From Candidatus Methylomirabilis oxygeniifera (GTDB lineage: Bacteria > Methylomirabilota > Methylomirabilia > Methylomirabilales > Methylomirabilaceae), in assembly GCA_000091165.1 (NCBI GenBank), contig FP565575.1:2370001-2402000 (forward strand): a DNA stretch of 32,000 bases, given 5' to 3'. Made by a program: the position numbers and the translations under genes. The notes under the pieces were generated by a model. That model made no database searches. It saw nothing but the letters and a program-made list of their open reading frames with translations, and had not been told where the DNA came from. The stretch's first letter is position 1. Each line of letters begins with the position of its first letter. Shown here piece after piece: positions 18,316-27,241 of the stretch.

Positions 18316-19380
18316 GTGAAAGCATTGATCTTGAGCGGAGGCAAGGGCACCCGTCTACGTCCGATTACCCATACCAGCGCCAAGCAACTCGTACCGATCG
18401 CCAATAAACCGATCCTCTTCTATGCGCTCGAAGCCATGGCGGAAGCCAAGATTCTGGAGGTGGGGATTGTGGTGGGCGATACCAAGCGCGAGATTCAGGA
18501 AGCGGTGAGGGACGGCGCACAGTGGGGCCTCAAGGTCTCGTATATCGAGCAGGAAGCGCCCCTGGGGCTGGCCCATGCCGTGAAGATCGCTGAGCCGTTT
18601 CTGGCGAATCATCCCTTTGTGATGTACCTCGGAGACAACCTGATCAAGGACGGAATCGGTTCACTGGTAGAAGAGTTCAGACGATTGGGGGCCAACTCTC
18701 AGATTCTCCTGGCAAGGGTTCGTGATCCACAACGATTCGGCGTGGCAGAGCTTCGAGATGGTCGCGTCATCTCTCTGGAGGAGAAGCCGGCGAGCCCTAG
18801 AAGTGACCTGGCGCTTGTGGGTGTCTACATGTTCGACCATACCATCTTCGGGGCAGTGAACGCCATCCAACCTTCGCACCGAGGCGAGCTGGAAATCACC
18901 GATGCCATTCAGTATCTGATCGACAACGGCTATCAGGTCCATCCTCATGTCATCAGCGGCTGGTGGAAAGATACCGGGAAACTCGAGGACATGCTCGAGG
19001 CCAACCGAATCATGTTGGAGACAATTATCTCCAGGGTAGATGGAGAAGTGGATGAGGTCTCGCGCCTGATCGGCAAGGTGGTCGTAGAGGAGGGGGCACG
19101 CGTGACGGGCAGCACGATTCGAGGGCCGGTCATCATCGGCAAACGTTGCCGCATCGTCAACTCATATATTGGGCCCTTTACTTCCATCTATCACGATACA
19201 CTTGTCTGCAATAGCGAGCTCGAGCACAGCATCATCCTCGACCAGTGCCGGATTACCGATATCGGCGGGCGGTTGGAGGATAGCCTCATCGGAAAGAATG
19301 TCGAGGTGTTCCGATCCGACGGGAAACCGAAGGCCTACCGCCTGATGCTTGGGGACAGCAGTCAGGTGGGATTGGTATAA
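18316..19380 (+). CDS. rmlA: Glucose-1-phosphate thymidylyltransferase, long form
   Basis: MKALILSGGKGTRLRPITHTSAKQLVPIANKPILFYALEAM, plus a left-handed beta-helix-like C-terminus (VVVEEGARVTGSTIRGPVIIGKRCRIVNSYIGPFTSI). Confidence 0.92.
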   Translation: MKALILSGGKGTRLRPITHTSAKQLVPIANKPILFYALEAMAEAKILEVGIVVGDTKREIQEAVRDGAQWGLKVSYIEQEAPLGLAHAVKIAEPFLANHPFVMYLGDNLIKDGIGSLVEEFRRLGANSQILLARVRDPQRFGVAELRDGRVISLEEKPASPRSDLALVGVYMFDHTIFGAVNAIQPSHRGELEITDAIQYLIDNGYQVHPHVISGWWKDTGKLEDMLEANRIMLETIISRVDGEVDEVSRLIGKVVVEEGARVTGSTIRGPVIIGKRCRIVNSYIGPFTSIYHDTLVCNSELEHSIILDQCRITDIGGRLEDSLIGKNVEVFRSDGKPKAYRLMLGDSSQVGLV

Positions 19381-19391
19381 CAACGTTCAAC

Positions 19392-19865
19392 GTGCGAGGT
19401 GCGATGACGCTTATTGATGGCGTGCAAACCAGGCTGTTGCGCCGGGTTCCTGATGAGCGCGGTTTCCTCACAGAGCTGCTTCGCAGTGACTGGGAGGAGT
19501 TCGAGCGGTTCGGACAAGCATATATCACGGCGGCCTATCCAGGGGTGGTAAAAGGGTGGCACTACCACAAGAAGCAGACCGACCACTTTGCAGGGGTGCT
19601 TGGGATGTCTAAGGTGGTCCTGTTCGATCCCCGTGATAACTCACCGACAAAAGGCCTCATCAATGAGTTCTTTATTGGGGAGCAGAATCCGACGTTGGTG
19701 AAGATCCCACCTCTGGTGATCCATGGGTATAAGCCTGTGGGCGACCGGATGTCGGCGATCGTAAATTTTCCGACTGAGCTCTACAATTATCAGGAGCCTG
19801 ATGAGTTTCGGATTCCCCATGATAGTCCGGATATCCCCTACGATTGGGCGGTAAAGCTGGGGTAG
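19392..19865 (+). CDS. dTDP-4-dehydrorhamnose 3,5-epimerase-like cupin (short form)
   Basis: DERGFLTELLR...AYPGVVKGWHYHKKQTDHFAGVLGMSKVVLFDPR...IPPLVIHGYKPV. Lies between rmlA and rmlB. Confidence 0.82.
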   Translation: MRGAMTLIDGVQTRLLRRVPDERGFLTELLRSDWEEFERFGQAYITAAYPGVVKGWHYHKKQTDHFAGVLGMSKVVLFDPRDNSPTKGLINEFFIGEQNPTLVKIPPLVIHGYKPVGDRMSAIVNFPTELYNYQEPDEFRIPHDSPDIPYDWAVKLG

Positions 19866-19867
19866 CC

Positions 19868-20890
19868 ATGCGAATTCTCGTGACCGGCGGGGCTGGATTT
19901 ATCGGGTCGAATTTCATTCGCCATCTGCTGGCGACAGAATCGGCGTGCCACGTCGTGAACCTCGACAAGCTGACCTATGCCGGCAACCTCGAAAACCTGA
20001 CGGACGTTGAACACGATCCGCGGTACCGATTTGTCAAGGGAAGTATCTGCGACGCTCTGCTGGTGGATGAGCTGCTGAAAGAGGGATTCGATGCGCTGAT
20101 CAACTTTGCGGCTGAATCGCACGTTGATCGGAGTATCCAGGATGCGAGAGCGTTTACGGAAACCAATGTGCTTGGGACACAGGTGATGTTGGACGCGTGC
20201 CGCCGGCATCGGGTCCCAAGGATGATGCAGGTCTCGACGGATGAGGTATACGGGTCTCTCGGAGCATTCGGTCGTTTTACGGAGGAGAGTCCCCTCCACT
20301 CAAACAGTCCCTATGCAGCCAGTAAGGCGGCGGGGGACCTGCTGGCCCTGGCCTACTGTCGCACCTACGGGCTGCCGGTCATCATCACCCGGAGTTCTAA
20401 CAACTATGGCCCTCACCAGTTCCCGGAGAAGGTGATTCCACTCTTTATTACCAACGCCCTTGTTGGTGAACCGCTTCCGCTCTACGGCGACGGCCTCCAC
20501 ATCAGAGATTGGCTGCACGTACGGGACCATTGTGAGGCCTTGGCGCTGATTCTGAACAACGGAGTCTCCGGAGAGATCTACAATATCGGCGGTCGCTGCG
20601 AACGGGCCAACATTGATGTCGCACGCTTCATCCTGAGGACGCTTGGCAAGCCCGATACGTTGATCGCGCACGTCAAGGACCGGCTCGGACATGATCGGCG
20701 ATACGCCCTCGACGCGTCGAAACTTGAGCAGGCGCTGGGCTGGAGCCCTCGCATTGCCTTTGAGGCCGGGCTGGAGGAGACGGTCCGCTGGTACGAGGAT
20801 CACGCAACCTGGTGGAGGCGCATCAAGGCAGGGCAGTATCAGGAGTATTACCAGAAGACGTACGGGGACCTCTCTCGCGTCTCTCCATAA
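19868..20890 (+). CDS. rmlB: dTDP-glucose 4,6-dehydratase
   Basis: MRILVTGGAGFIGSNFIRHLL, NLDKLTYAGNLENL, FAAESHVDRSI, STDEVYGSL, YAASKAAGD, RSSNNYGPHQFPEKVIPLFI. Confidence 0.95.
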   Translation: MRILVTGGAGFIGSNFIRHLLATESACHVVNLDKLTYAGNLENLTDVEHDPRYRFVKGSICDALLVDELLKEGFDALINFAAESHVDRSIQDARAFTETNVLGTQVMLDACRRHRVPRMMQVSTDEVYGSLGAFGRFTEESPLHSNSPYAASKAAGDLLALAYCRTYGLPVIITRSSNNYGPHQFPEKVIPLFITNALVGEPLPLYGDGLHIRDWLHVRDHCEALALILNNGVSGEIYNIGGRCERANIDVARFILRTLGKPDTLIAHVKDRLGHDRRYALDASKLEQALGWSPRIAFEAGLEETVRWYEDHATWWRRIKAGQYQEYYQKTYGDLSRVSP

Positions 20891-20962
20891 TGTGTCCTGG
20901 ACCTCGGGCCACCCATACGTCCTGACAATCGGTTTCGTTCACAGGTCACGCCAAGCTCGTGC

Positions 20963-21370
20963 GTGACACTCCAAGACGCTATGGACGCTAAAGATGCAAT
21001 AGACGCAATTTCCGGGCACACGGCGCTGACCGGAATACGGCCCTGGGGATGCTGGACAGTCCTTGGGGAGGGGGAAGGGTATAAGGTCAAGCGGATTGAG
21101 GTCAACCAGGGCCATCGGTTGAGTCTGCAGCGCCATACCCACCGAAGCGAGCATTGGATTGTCGTGGCCGGTACGGCCCGAATCATCATTGGGGACCGGA
21201 CCACGTTGGTTCAGACTCAGGAATCGACATTTGTACCGGCAGGAACGGCCCACCGGATCGAGAACCCCGGTCCGCACCCGCTGATCATTATCGAGATTCA
21301 AAACGGCCTCTACCTCGGAGAAGATGATATTGTCCGACTTCAAGACGACTACGGGCGGAGTGACGGATAG
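20963..21370 (+). CDS. Stand-alone phosphomannose isomerase type II cupin domain
   Basis: RPWGCWTVLGEGEGYKVKRIEVNQGHRLSLQRHTHRSEHWIVVAGTARI...FVPAGTAHRIENPG matches the C-terminal domain of bifunctional ManC/AlgA proteins. Confidence 0.88.
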   Translation: MTLQDAMDAKDAIDAISGHTALTGIRPWGCWTVLGEGEGYKVKRIEVNQGHRLSLQRHTHRSEHWIVVAGTARIIIGDRTTLVQTQESTFVPAGTAHRIENPGPHPLIIIEIQNGLYLGEDDIVRLQDDYGRSDG

Positions 21371-22433
21371 GGGCGAACGTTACGTCACCTCGTCCGTGTA
21401 TGCCGTGGTACTCGCCGGCGGGAGGGGTGAGCGCTTCTGGCCGGTCAGCACCGACGCACAACCGAAGGCCTTCCTCCGTTTGGTTGGGAACGAGTCGCTC
21501 CTGCAGGTGACGGTCCGGCGGATGCGACTCCTGCTACCTTGGACACAGATTATCGTCGCAGTTAGCCGAACGCACGCTGAACTCGTTCGAGCGCAACTCC
21601 CGGAGCTTCCCGCCAAGAATCTTCTGCTCGAGCCGCATGGCAGGGACACTGCAGCAGCCATCGGCCTGGCCTCACTGCATATCGAGCGGCTTGATCCCGA
21701 CGCAATGATGATCGTCATGCCGGCAGACCATTATGTCCCCGACGGTGACGCGTTGGTGACAGTCCTGCGACGAGCTCTCGACCTGTGTGCCTCGCACCAG
21801 GACTGGGTTGTCACAGTTGGAATCCCCCCGACCCGGCCGGAGACCGGCTACGGGTATCTGGAGGTCGGTGGGCCGCTTGCCCAGCCTCCCAACGCTTTTC
21901 ACGTCAATCGATTTCTGGAGAAACCGGATCGACAGACGGCCGAGCATCTGGTGACAGATGGGCGGCACTACTGGAATAGCGGGATTTTTCTGTGGCGGAA
22001 TAGTACTATCCAGAGCTTGCTGGCTCAGCATATGCCGGATGTATGGGCAGGCCTGTGTCGTGTTCGCGAGGCGTGGGAGGTGCAGGAGGTACTGGTCCGC
22101 GAATATAATGCGTTTCACAAGCAGTCGGTGGACTACGGCGTATTGGAGCGAATGGAAAGAGGGGTTGCGATGGTCAGGGCCGATTTTGCCTGGGACGATC
22201 TCGGGACCTGGGATGCATTGGCTCGGGTGCTGCCTGTGGACGATGGCGGTAATGTGATCGTCGGCGAGGCGCAGCTCCTCGACACCGGTCGGTCGGTTAT
22301 TGTGTCGACGGGGCCGCGGGTAGCTGTTGTCGGGCTGTCGGAGATTATTGTGGTAGCAACCAAAGATGGCGTACTGGTCTGCCCCAAGGGGCGGGCCCAG
22401 GAGGTCAGAAGGCTTGCGCGGAACGCCTCATGA
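21324..22433 (+). CDS. manC: Mannose-1-phosphate guanylyltransferase
   Basis: [70 protein letters not shown]. The start may instead be the GTG near 21360. Overlaps the upstream cupin gene. Confidence 0.92.
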   Translation: MILSDFKTTTGGVTDRGERYVTSSVYAVVLAGGRGERFWPVSTDAQPKAFLRLVGNESLLQVTVRRMRLLLPWTQIIVAVSRTHAELVRAQLPELPAKNLLLEPHGRDTAAAIGLASLHIERLDPDAMMIVMPADHYVPDGDALVTVLRRALDLCASHQDWVVTVGIPPTRPETGYGYLEVGGPLAQPPNAFHVNRFLEKPDRQTAEHLVTDGRHYWNSGIFLWRNSTIQSLLAQHMPDVWAGLCRVREAWEVQEVLVREYNAFHKQSVDYGVLERMERGVAMVRADFAWDDLGTWDALARVLPVDDGGNVIVGEAQLLDTGRSVIVSTGPRVAVVGLSEIIVVATKDGVLVCPKGRAQEVRRLARNAS

Positions 22434-22642
22434 CTGCGTGGCGGGCGTTCATTACCGGCATCATGGGTCAGGACGGCTCTTACCTGGCTGAACTTCTGCT
22501 GCAGAAAGGATACGCGGTCGCCGGGATGGTACGGCGGTCGAGCGCCGAGTCTTACGTTTCGAGTCGACCGAATGTATATGAAATCGGAGTCTGGCAGGTC
22601 CTCGGCCGGAAACCCGACGCCCATAGCTTGGAGGGTAAGTGA
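22430..22642 (+). pseudogene. N-terminal fragment of GDP-mannose 4,6-dehydratase (Gmd)
   Basis: 70 aa. [38 protein letters not shown] is the Gmd N-terminus. The reading frame ends soon after, and the rest of the enzyme is absent. ATGA overlap with manC and coding overlap with the next gene. Confidence 0.7.
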
Positions 22643-23610
22643 TGCCACGTACGCTGATTACCGGCGGCGCCGGGTTCCTTGGCTCTCACCTGTGCGACCG
22701 ATTGATCAAGGAAGGACACCAGGTCATCTGCCTCGATAACCTGATCACCGGTATGGTAGATAATGTGGCCCACCTGATCGGGCATGATGCGTTCCGGTTC
22801 ATTAAGCTGGATGTGACTGAGTACCTGTATATCGACGGCCCGCTGGATTATGTGCTCCATTTCGCCTCTCCGGCCAGTCCCATTGATTACCAGCGCCTTC
22901 CGATCCAGACGCTGAAGGTCGGCTCCCTTGGGACGCACAAGGCCCTTGGGCTGGCCAAGGCCAAAGGCGCCCGCTTCCTGCTGGCGTCGACTTCAGAGGT
23001 CTACGGCGACCCCACCATTCACCCGCAGCGGGAGGAGTACTGGGGCAACGTGAATCCGGTCGGCCCACGTGGGGTATATGATGAGGCGAAGCGGTTCGCC
23101 GAGGCGATGACCATGGCCTATCACCGATACCATGGGCTCGATACTCGGATTGCCAGGATCTTCAATACGTATGGACCCCGAATGCGGCCGAACGACGGTC
23201 GGGTTGTATCCAACTTCATCAACCAGGCGTTACGTGGGGAGCCCGTAACGGTCTATGGCGACGGATCACAGACCCGAAGCTTTTGTTACGTTTCCGATCT
23301 GGTTGAGGGGTTGTACCGGCTGTTGATGTCGGGAGAGGTCAACCCGGTGAACATCGGGAATCCTAAGGAATTTACGGTGCTCGATCTCGCCCATATGGTC
23401 CTGAAGGCGGTCGGCGGTCCATCCACTGATTCGACAGGGCCCACCACAGGCATTGAACTCCGTCCGTTGCCGGTGGATGATCCTAGAGTTCGTCAGCCGG
23501 ATATCGGTCTGGCACAGGAGAAATTCGGCTGGGAGCCGAAGGTGCAGATTGCTGAAGGGCTGGCGTTGACCATCGAATACTTCCGCAAGCAATTGACGAG
23601 TTTTTCCTAA
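22639..23610 (+). CDS. UDP-glucuronate decarboxylase (UXS)-like NAD-dependent epimerase/dehydratase
   Basis: [103 protein letters not shown]. Confidence 0.88.
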   Translation: MMPRTLITGGAGFLGSHLCDRLIKEGHQVICLDNLITGMVDNVAHLIGHDAFRFIKLDVTEYLYIDGPLDYVLHFASPASPIDYQRLPIQTLKVGSLGTHKALGLAKAKGARFLLASTSEVYGDPTIHPQREEYWGNVNPVGPRGVYDEAKRFAEAMTMAYHRYHGLDTRIARIFNTYGPRMRPNDGRVVSNFINQALRGEPVTVYGDGSQTRSFCYVSDLVEGLYRLLMSGEVNPVNIGNPKEFTVLDLAHMVLKAVGGPSTDSTGPTTGIELRPLPVDDPRVRQPDIGLAQEKFGWEPKVQIAEGLALTIEYFRKQLTSFS

Positions 23611-23641
23611 ACCCTCTACCCTACACCTTAACCCCTTGTAT

Positions 23642-24556
23642 TTAATAGACCGACGTGAGCCAGTGCGCGTACTTTTTCTGCTTGCCCTTCACGACATCGA
23701 AATAGAGCGCTTGGATCTTTTCGGTAATCGACCCTATCCTGCCGTTACCCAGTAGCCGTCTATCGACTTCGATGATGGGCGAGACTTGCGCGCCCGTCCC
23801 GCAAAGGAACGCCTCATCGGCGACGTACAGCTCTGTCCTGCCGATAGGCCGCTCGATTGTTTCGATCCCCAGCTCCTCTCGGGCCAGCTCGATCACTGTG
23901 TCACGCGTGATCCCCTCAAGGATATCTTCGGACAGGGCAGGCGTGATCAGCTTTCCATCCCTGATGAGAAAGATGTTCTCCGCCGAGCCTTCCGAGACAA
24001 AACCCTCCTCGGTAAGAAAGATCGCCTCATCATAGCCATGTTCGAGTGCCTCGGTCTTGGCCAGGGCCGAATTCACATAGCCACCGGTGATCTTGCAGCG
24101 GGCCGGGATGGTATTATCGTGGATCCGGCGCCATGAAGAGAAGCCCACCTTGATCCCGCTTGAGACGTTAATGTAGTCGCCAAGCGGCAGTGTGTACATG
24201 GCAAAACCGCTGGCATAGCCGATAAACTTCGGGCCGATTCCGTCTGAATCGACATAGGCGATCGGCCGGATATAGGTGTCAGTTTCGGGGTGGTTTCGCC
24301 TGAGTAAGTCGAGGGTAATCTCCGACAGCTCCTTCACGTCCTTACCGATATTGAGCTTCAGGACGCGGCAGTTCCTGAGCATCCGGGCGTAGTGCTCCAC
24401 CATGCGGAAGACGTAAAGTTGCGGCTCATCCCGATTCCAATAGGCTCGGATTCCCTCGAAGATTCCAGTTCCGTACTGGAAGGTATTGTTCTGGATGCTG
24501 ATCTTGGCTTGATCAAGCGGGACGACCTGTCCCTTGAAATAGGCGTATATCATCAT
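23642..24556 (-). CDS. ilvE: Branched-chain amino acid aminotransferase
   Basis: 304 aa. FQYGTGIFEGIRAYWN, IRPIAYVDSDGIG, CKITGGYVNSALAKTEALEHGYDEAIFL, GSAENIFLIRDG, LCGTGAQVSPIIEVDRRLLGNG. Confidence 0.94.
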   Translation of the reverse strand: MMIYAYFKGQVVPLDQAKISIQNNTFQYGTGIFEGIRAYWNRDEPQLYVFRMVEHYARMLRNCRVLKLNIGKDVKELSEITLDLLRRNHPETDTYIRPIAYVDSDGIGPKFIGYASGFAMYTLPLGDYINVSSGIKVGFSSWRRIHDNTIPARCKITGGYVNSALAKTEALEHGYDEAIFLTEEGFVSEGSAENIFLIRDGKLITPALSEDILEGITRDTVIELAREELGIETIERPIGRTELYVADEAFLCGTGAQVSPIIEVDRRLLGNGRIGSITEKIQALYFDVVKGKQKKYAHWLTSVY

Positions 24557-24763
24557 ATCCCTCTCTCTGCGCCGTCACGCAATACCCGAATACCGGGCTC
24601 AACCTAGCCGGAATGAAGTGAAAAGTCAATAGATTTTGGGCTTCTCAAGAATGGGTCAACTTCCTCTTGACAGAGGATAATCCGGGGTGCAACATGAACA
24701 TGTAAAAAGATGTCGGGTACTCATTACATGGACTGAGCGAGAACGACTTCGCGGGAGGAATCG

Positions 24764-25153
24764 ATGGTGAGAAGAGCGACGGTGCACGTGATGGTGCTGA
24801 CAGCTATGGTCGTCAGCTCGACAGGGGCTTGGGCGGCCGGGGCAGCCAATACCGAACCCAAGCCCCCGGAAAAGTTTGGGACCTTCTGTGGTCCGTGTCA
24901 CGGTTCTGCCGGTAAGGGGGACGGGCCGGCAGCGGCGTCTTTGAATCCCAAGCCGCGGAACTTTGCTGACGGCAAGTATATGAATACCAGAACCGACGCG
25001 CAACTGATCAATGTCATCAAGAACGGCAGCGCAGCCGAGAAGTTGAGCCCGCTGATGGTCGGCTACGGTAGCATGGTAAACGACAAGGAGATTCAAGACA
25101 TCGTGGGCTATATCCGTTCAATCGCTGTCCCGAAGTACCAGCCGAAGAAGTAG
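24764..25153 (+). CDS. Small periplasmic class I cytochrome c
   Basis: Signal peptide, CGPCHGSAGKGDGPAAASL heme site, C-terminal DIVGYIRSIA helix. GGGAGGAATCG precedes the ATG. Confidence 0.9.
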   Translation: MVRRATVHVMVLTAMVVSSTGAWAAGAANTEPKPPEKFGTFCGPCHGSAGKGDGPAAASLNPKPRNFADGKYMNTRTDAQLINVIKNGSAAEKLSPLMVGYGSMVNDKEIQDIVGYIRSIAVPKYQPKK

Positions 25154-25173
25154 GGGCACGTTGCAACGCGCCC

Positions 25174-26376
25174 CTACGGACCGGGAAACGTCAGCTCAAG
25201 GGAGTGCGCAGTAGCGTGAGCTTGCGCCGTGAGCCGGTCCAGGTCAAGGGGACGCTCGGCGAGCTCGACCTCGTGGTGAGTCGTGTGTGTCGCCACCTGC
25301 CTTGACAGAAACATCGAACAGCAGTCCTGATCGGGGATGATAGAGACATCATAACTGCCGATCTGTTGCGCCTGCTGCGTGATCTCGTCCTTATCCATAC
25401 CGATCAACGGCCGCAGGATCGGCAGGGTCGATACCTGTTCGATGGTGGAAATATTTTCAATGGTTTGTGACGACACCTGGCCGAGACTCTCGCCGGTCAC
25501 CAGGGCTTGGGCGCCTTCCTTCCTGGCGATCTGTTCGGCGATTCGCAGCATCAGCCGTCGATACACAGGGACCCTCAGGCGTCCCGTGACGTGTGCGACG
25601 ACTTCCTGCTGGATTTCGCCGAAGGGCACCAGGTAAAGACGAGAGGTAAACTGACACCGGGTGAGCAGACGTACCAGCTCGATTGCTTTGTCTTGTGAGG
25701 TTCGATCGGCAAACGGCTGGCTATGGAAGTGGATAAAGACGATACGGCAGCCCCGCTTCATCATTCGGTAGGCCGCAACCGGGGAATCGATCCCGCCTGA
25801 CAGCAGACACGCAAGAGTCCCGCCGGTCCCCACCGGCAGGCCCCCAGGGCCCAGGAACTTTTCGAAGTAGACAAACGCCTCATTGGGAAGGACTTCGATA
25901 GTGATAGTCAAGTCCGGGTCTGTGAGATCGACGCGAGCGCCGCAGATACGCTGTACCCTGGCCCCGATCATCTCGTTGATCTGCTGGGAGGTCTGTGGAA
26001 AGGTTTTGAAGGCACGACGAGCTGCCACGCGAAAGCTGCGGAATGAACGGCCGGAGACCTCTTCTTCGATCCGTTGTGCGAGTAGTTCCAAGTTGGGTGC
26101 CATGGTCAAGGCGGGGGCGAAATTCGCAATTCCGAAGATACGACTCAGTCGGTGCCGTAGGACCTCCCACGAGGCCTCCTCGGATGTCGTGAGGAACAGC
26201 CGACCGGCTAGTCGCTCAAGCGGACCGCAGCCGAGATCGCGCGTGGCTGCCAGGAGATTGGCCTCAAGCTGCCTCAGGAAGAAGCCCCGGTTTTTCCCCT
26301 TGAGGGCGATCTCATTGTAATGAATGAGGGCGCCCCGCACCGGCTCTCGTGCTCTCGCGTGACTTTCGTTTTTCAT
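25174..26376 (-). CDS. thiI: tRNA 4-thiouridine sulfurtransferase ThiI (no C-terminal rhodanese domain)
   Basis: HYNEIALKGKNRGFF, THUMP region, CLLSGGIDSPVAAYRMMKRG, ALVTGESLGQVSSQTIENI, RPLIGMDKDEI. The tracked ORF extends to 26451, but MKNESHARAREP is the more likely start. Confidence 0.93.
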   Translation of the reverse strand: MKNESHARAREPVRGALIHYNEIALKGKNRGFFLRQLEANLLAATRDLGCGPLERLAGRLFLTTSEEASWEVLRHRLSRIFGIANFAPALTMAPNLELLAQRIEEEVSGRSFRSFRVAARRAFKTFPQTSQQINEMIGARVQRICGARVDLTDPDLTITIEVLPNEAFVYFEKFLGPGGLPVGTGGTLACLLSGGIDSPVAAYRMMKRGCRIVFIHFHSQPFADRTSQDKAIELVRLLTRCQFTSRLYLVPFGEIQQEVVAHVTGRLRVPVYRRLMLRIAEQIARKEGAQALVTGESLGQVSSQTIENISTIEQVSTLPILRPLIGMDKDEITQQAQQIGSYDVSIIPDQDCCSMFLSRQVATHTTHHEVELAERPLDLDRLTAQAHATAHSLELTFPGP

Positions 26377-26458
26377 AATGTCTCCCCCCCCTAGACTCCT
26401 ATTTCCCCCCCCGATCATCCTAGCACGTTCTCCCTCCGCCGTGATCGACAATCAAGGA

Positions 26459-27200
26459 GGGACGGACACTGTTATCTTGACAATTTATAGTATTCGCTGT
26501 AATGATCTTACATAGCGCGGATTGCTCGAATCGTTGCAACGGGCCACCCTTATCATGTTACGCAAAGGGGGAATTATCGCCAAGCGGTCTTTCGAAACGA
26601 CGAAGATCGTTCTCGATATTTATCCTGGGTTAATGAATACAGCCGCAAATTTCACCTATCGGTATGGGCCTATTGCTTAATGGACAACCATGTTCATTTC
26701 ATTGTCCAACCGTTGAAAGAGACATCGTTGGCTAAAGTGTTCAGCGTGACCCATATGCGGTATGCTCAATATTTCAATAAAGAGAGGAAGGTGTCCGGAC
26801 ACTTGTGGCAGGGACGCTTTTATTCCTGCCTACTTGATGAGCCTTATCTTATGGCGGCAATACGGTACGTTGAGAGGAATCCGGTACGGACCAAGATGGT
26901 CAACAGGCCCTGGCAATGGAAACGGTCCAGTGCAGCCGCTCACATCGGTGGAACAGATGAGATAGTCGATGTCATCGAGATAAAGGAATCGGTAGGCGTT
27001 TCCAAGGAGTCATGGAGAGAGCACATCGAATCGGATGATAATGCCCCAGATGTGGAAGTCCTTCGAAAGCACACGATGACAGGACGACCATTGGGAGGGG
27101 ATGGGTTCATCGGGGAATTGAATAGACAACTGGGACAAGTAGTAAGCGTTTTGCAGAGAGGAAGGCCAAGAAAGGATCTCAAGAAATAGTGTCTGTCCCC
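26459..27200 (+). mobile_element. Short element: Y1/RAYT-type transposase gene between 12-nt inverted repeats
   Basis: GGGACGGACACT (26459-26470) and AGTGTCTGTCCC (27188-27199) are inverted repeats with 11/12 match, and they immediately bracket the transposase frame. Confidence 0.65.
26512..27189 (+). CDS. REP-associated tyrosine transposase-like protein (Y1 / HUH family)
   Basis: Full-length homology runs upstream of the tracked ATG (26680): (ATA)ARIARIVATGHPYHVTQRGNYRQAVFRNDEDRSRYLSWVNEYSRKFHLSVWAYCLMDNHVHFIVQP, then RYVERNPVR. The HVH motif is present. Confidence 0.88.
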   Translation: MARIARIVATGHPYHVTQRGNYRQAVFRNDEDRSRYLSWVNEYSRKFHLSVWAYCLMDNHVHFIVQPLKETSLAKVFSVTHMRYAQYFNKERKVSGHLWQGRFYSCLLDEPYLMAAIRYVERNPVRTKMVNRPWQWKRSSAAAHIGGTDEIVDVIEIKESVGVSKESWREHIESDDNAPDVEVLRKHTMTGRPLGGDGFIGELNRQLGQVVSVLQRGRPRKDLKK

Positions 27201-27241
27201 ATTAAGCCCTCGCGTGGTTGTGCAACCGGTCTCGTGGCAGC

